This document shows, piece by piece, positions 63,966 through 64,000 of a stretch of DNA of 64,000 bases; position 1 is the first letter of the stretch; each line of letters opens with the position of its first letter. The DNA comes from Clostridia bacterium. Its GTDB lineage: Bacteria > Bacillota > Clostridia > TANB77 > CAG-465. The stretch spans positions 78,544 through 142,543 of the forward strand of contig JAZSNU010000003.1 of assembly GCA_045536565.1 (NCBI GenBank). Direction: 5' to 3'. Under the pieces are notes generated by a model. That model did not search any database and was not told the origin of the DNA. It was given only the letters and a program-made list of their open reading frames with translations. Both the position numbers and the translations under genes were made by a program.

Positions 63966-64000
63966 ATGTGAATAAACAAAGGAGAAAAAACAAATGGACA

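Noticed and set aside
1-64000. Window-wide look for integrases, transposases, phage structural genes, toxin-antitoxin pairs and known defence-system genes.
   Set aside because: None were recognised by motif. The accessory-looking segments (7486-9506, 37744-39800, 59073-59732) lack any mobility gene, so no mobile_element feature is claimed.

Overview
About 64 kb of chromosome from a very AT-rich, endospore-forming Firmicute (Clostridia-like by gene content). All family calls were made by eye from motifs and synteny; no database search was possible. The window is mostly core housekeeping and sporulation genes, mainly on the + strand: cdsA-rseP-polC, short hpf, an alpha/beta SASP, spoIIAA-spoIIAB, rluD, rluB, rpsU, ctp, veg, a SipL-like protein, yunB, rplM-rpsI, ireB-ruvX-DUF1292, ynbB, an HtrA-like protease, yigZ, spo0A, spoIID, a SpoIIQ-like M23 protein, spoIIID, mbl/mreB, a U32 peptidase, tcdA, pro-sigma-K, a coaE-coaD-PHP-nadK block, ltaS, tRNA-Thr(GGU), lemA, tex, tdk, tRNA-Gly(UCC) and maf. 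I saw no rRNA, CRISPR array, transposase or integrase. The best candidate for something new is a roughly 2-kb cassette at 7486-9506, bracketed by 62-nt direct repeats. It carries a radical-SAM/SPASM enzyme, an untracked 43-codon ORF whose C-terminus holds three nested C-x3-D motifs (a ranthipeptide-like RiPP precursor), and a frameshifted HExxH protein. Other points worth a second look: a promoter-to-terminator structured sRNA downstream of tcdA (6S-like); a spoIIAA-spoIIAB operon with a 90-aa unknown gene where sigF is expected; a three-gene cluster of a small membrane protein, a pseudo-receiver/deviant ParA-like ATPase and a degenerate GAF-GGDEF protein; a 2.2-kb insertion with a KilA-N gene between spoIIID and mbl; and frameshifts at poly-A tracts that may be assembly errors.
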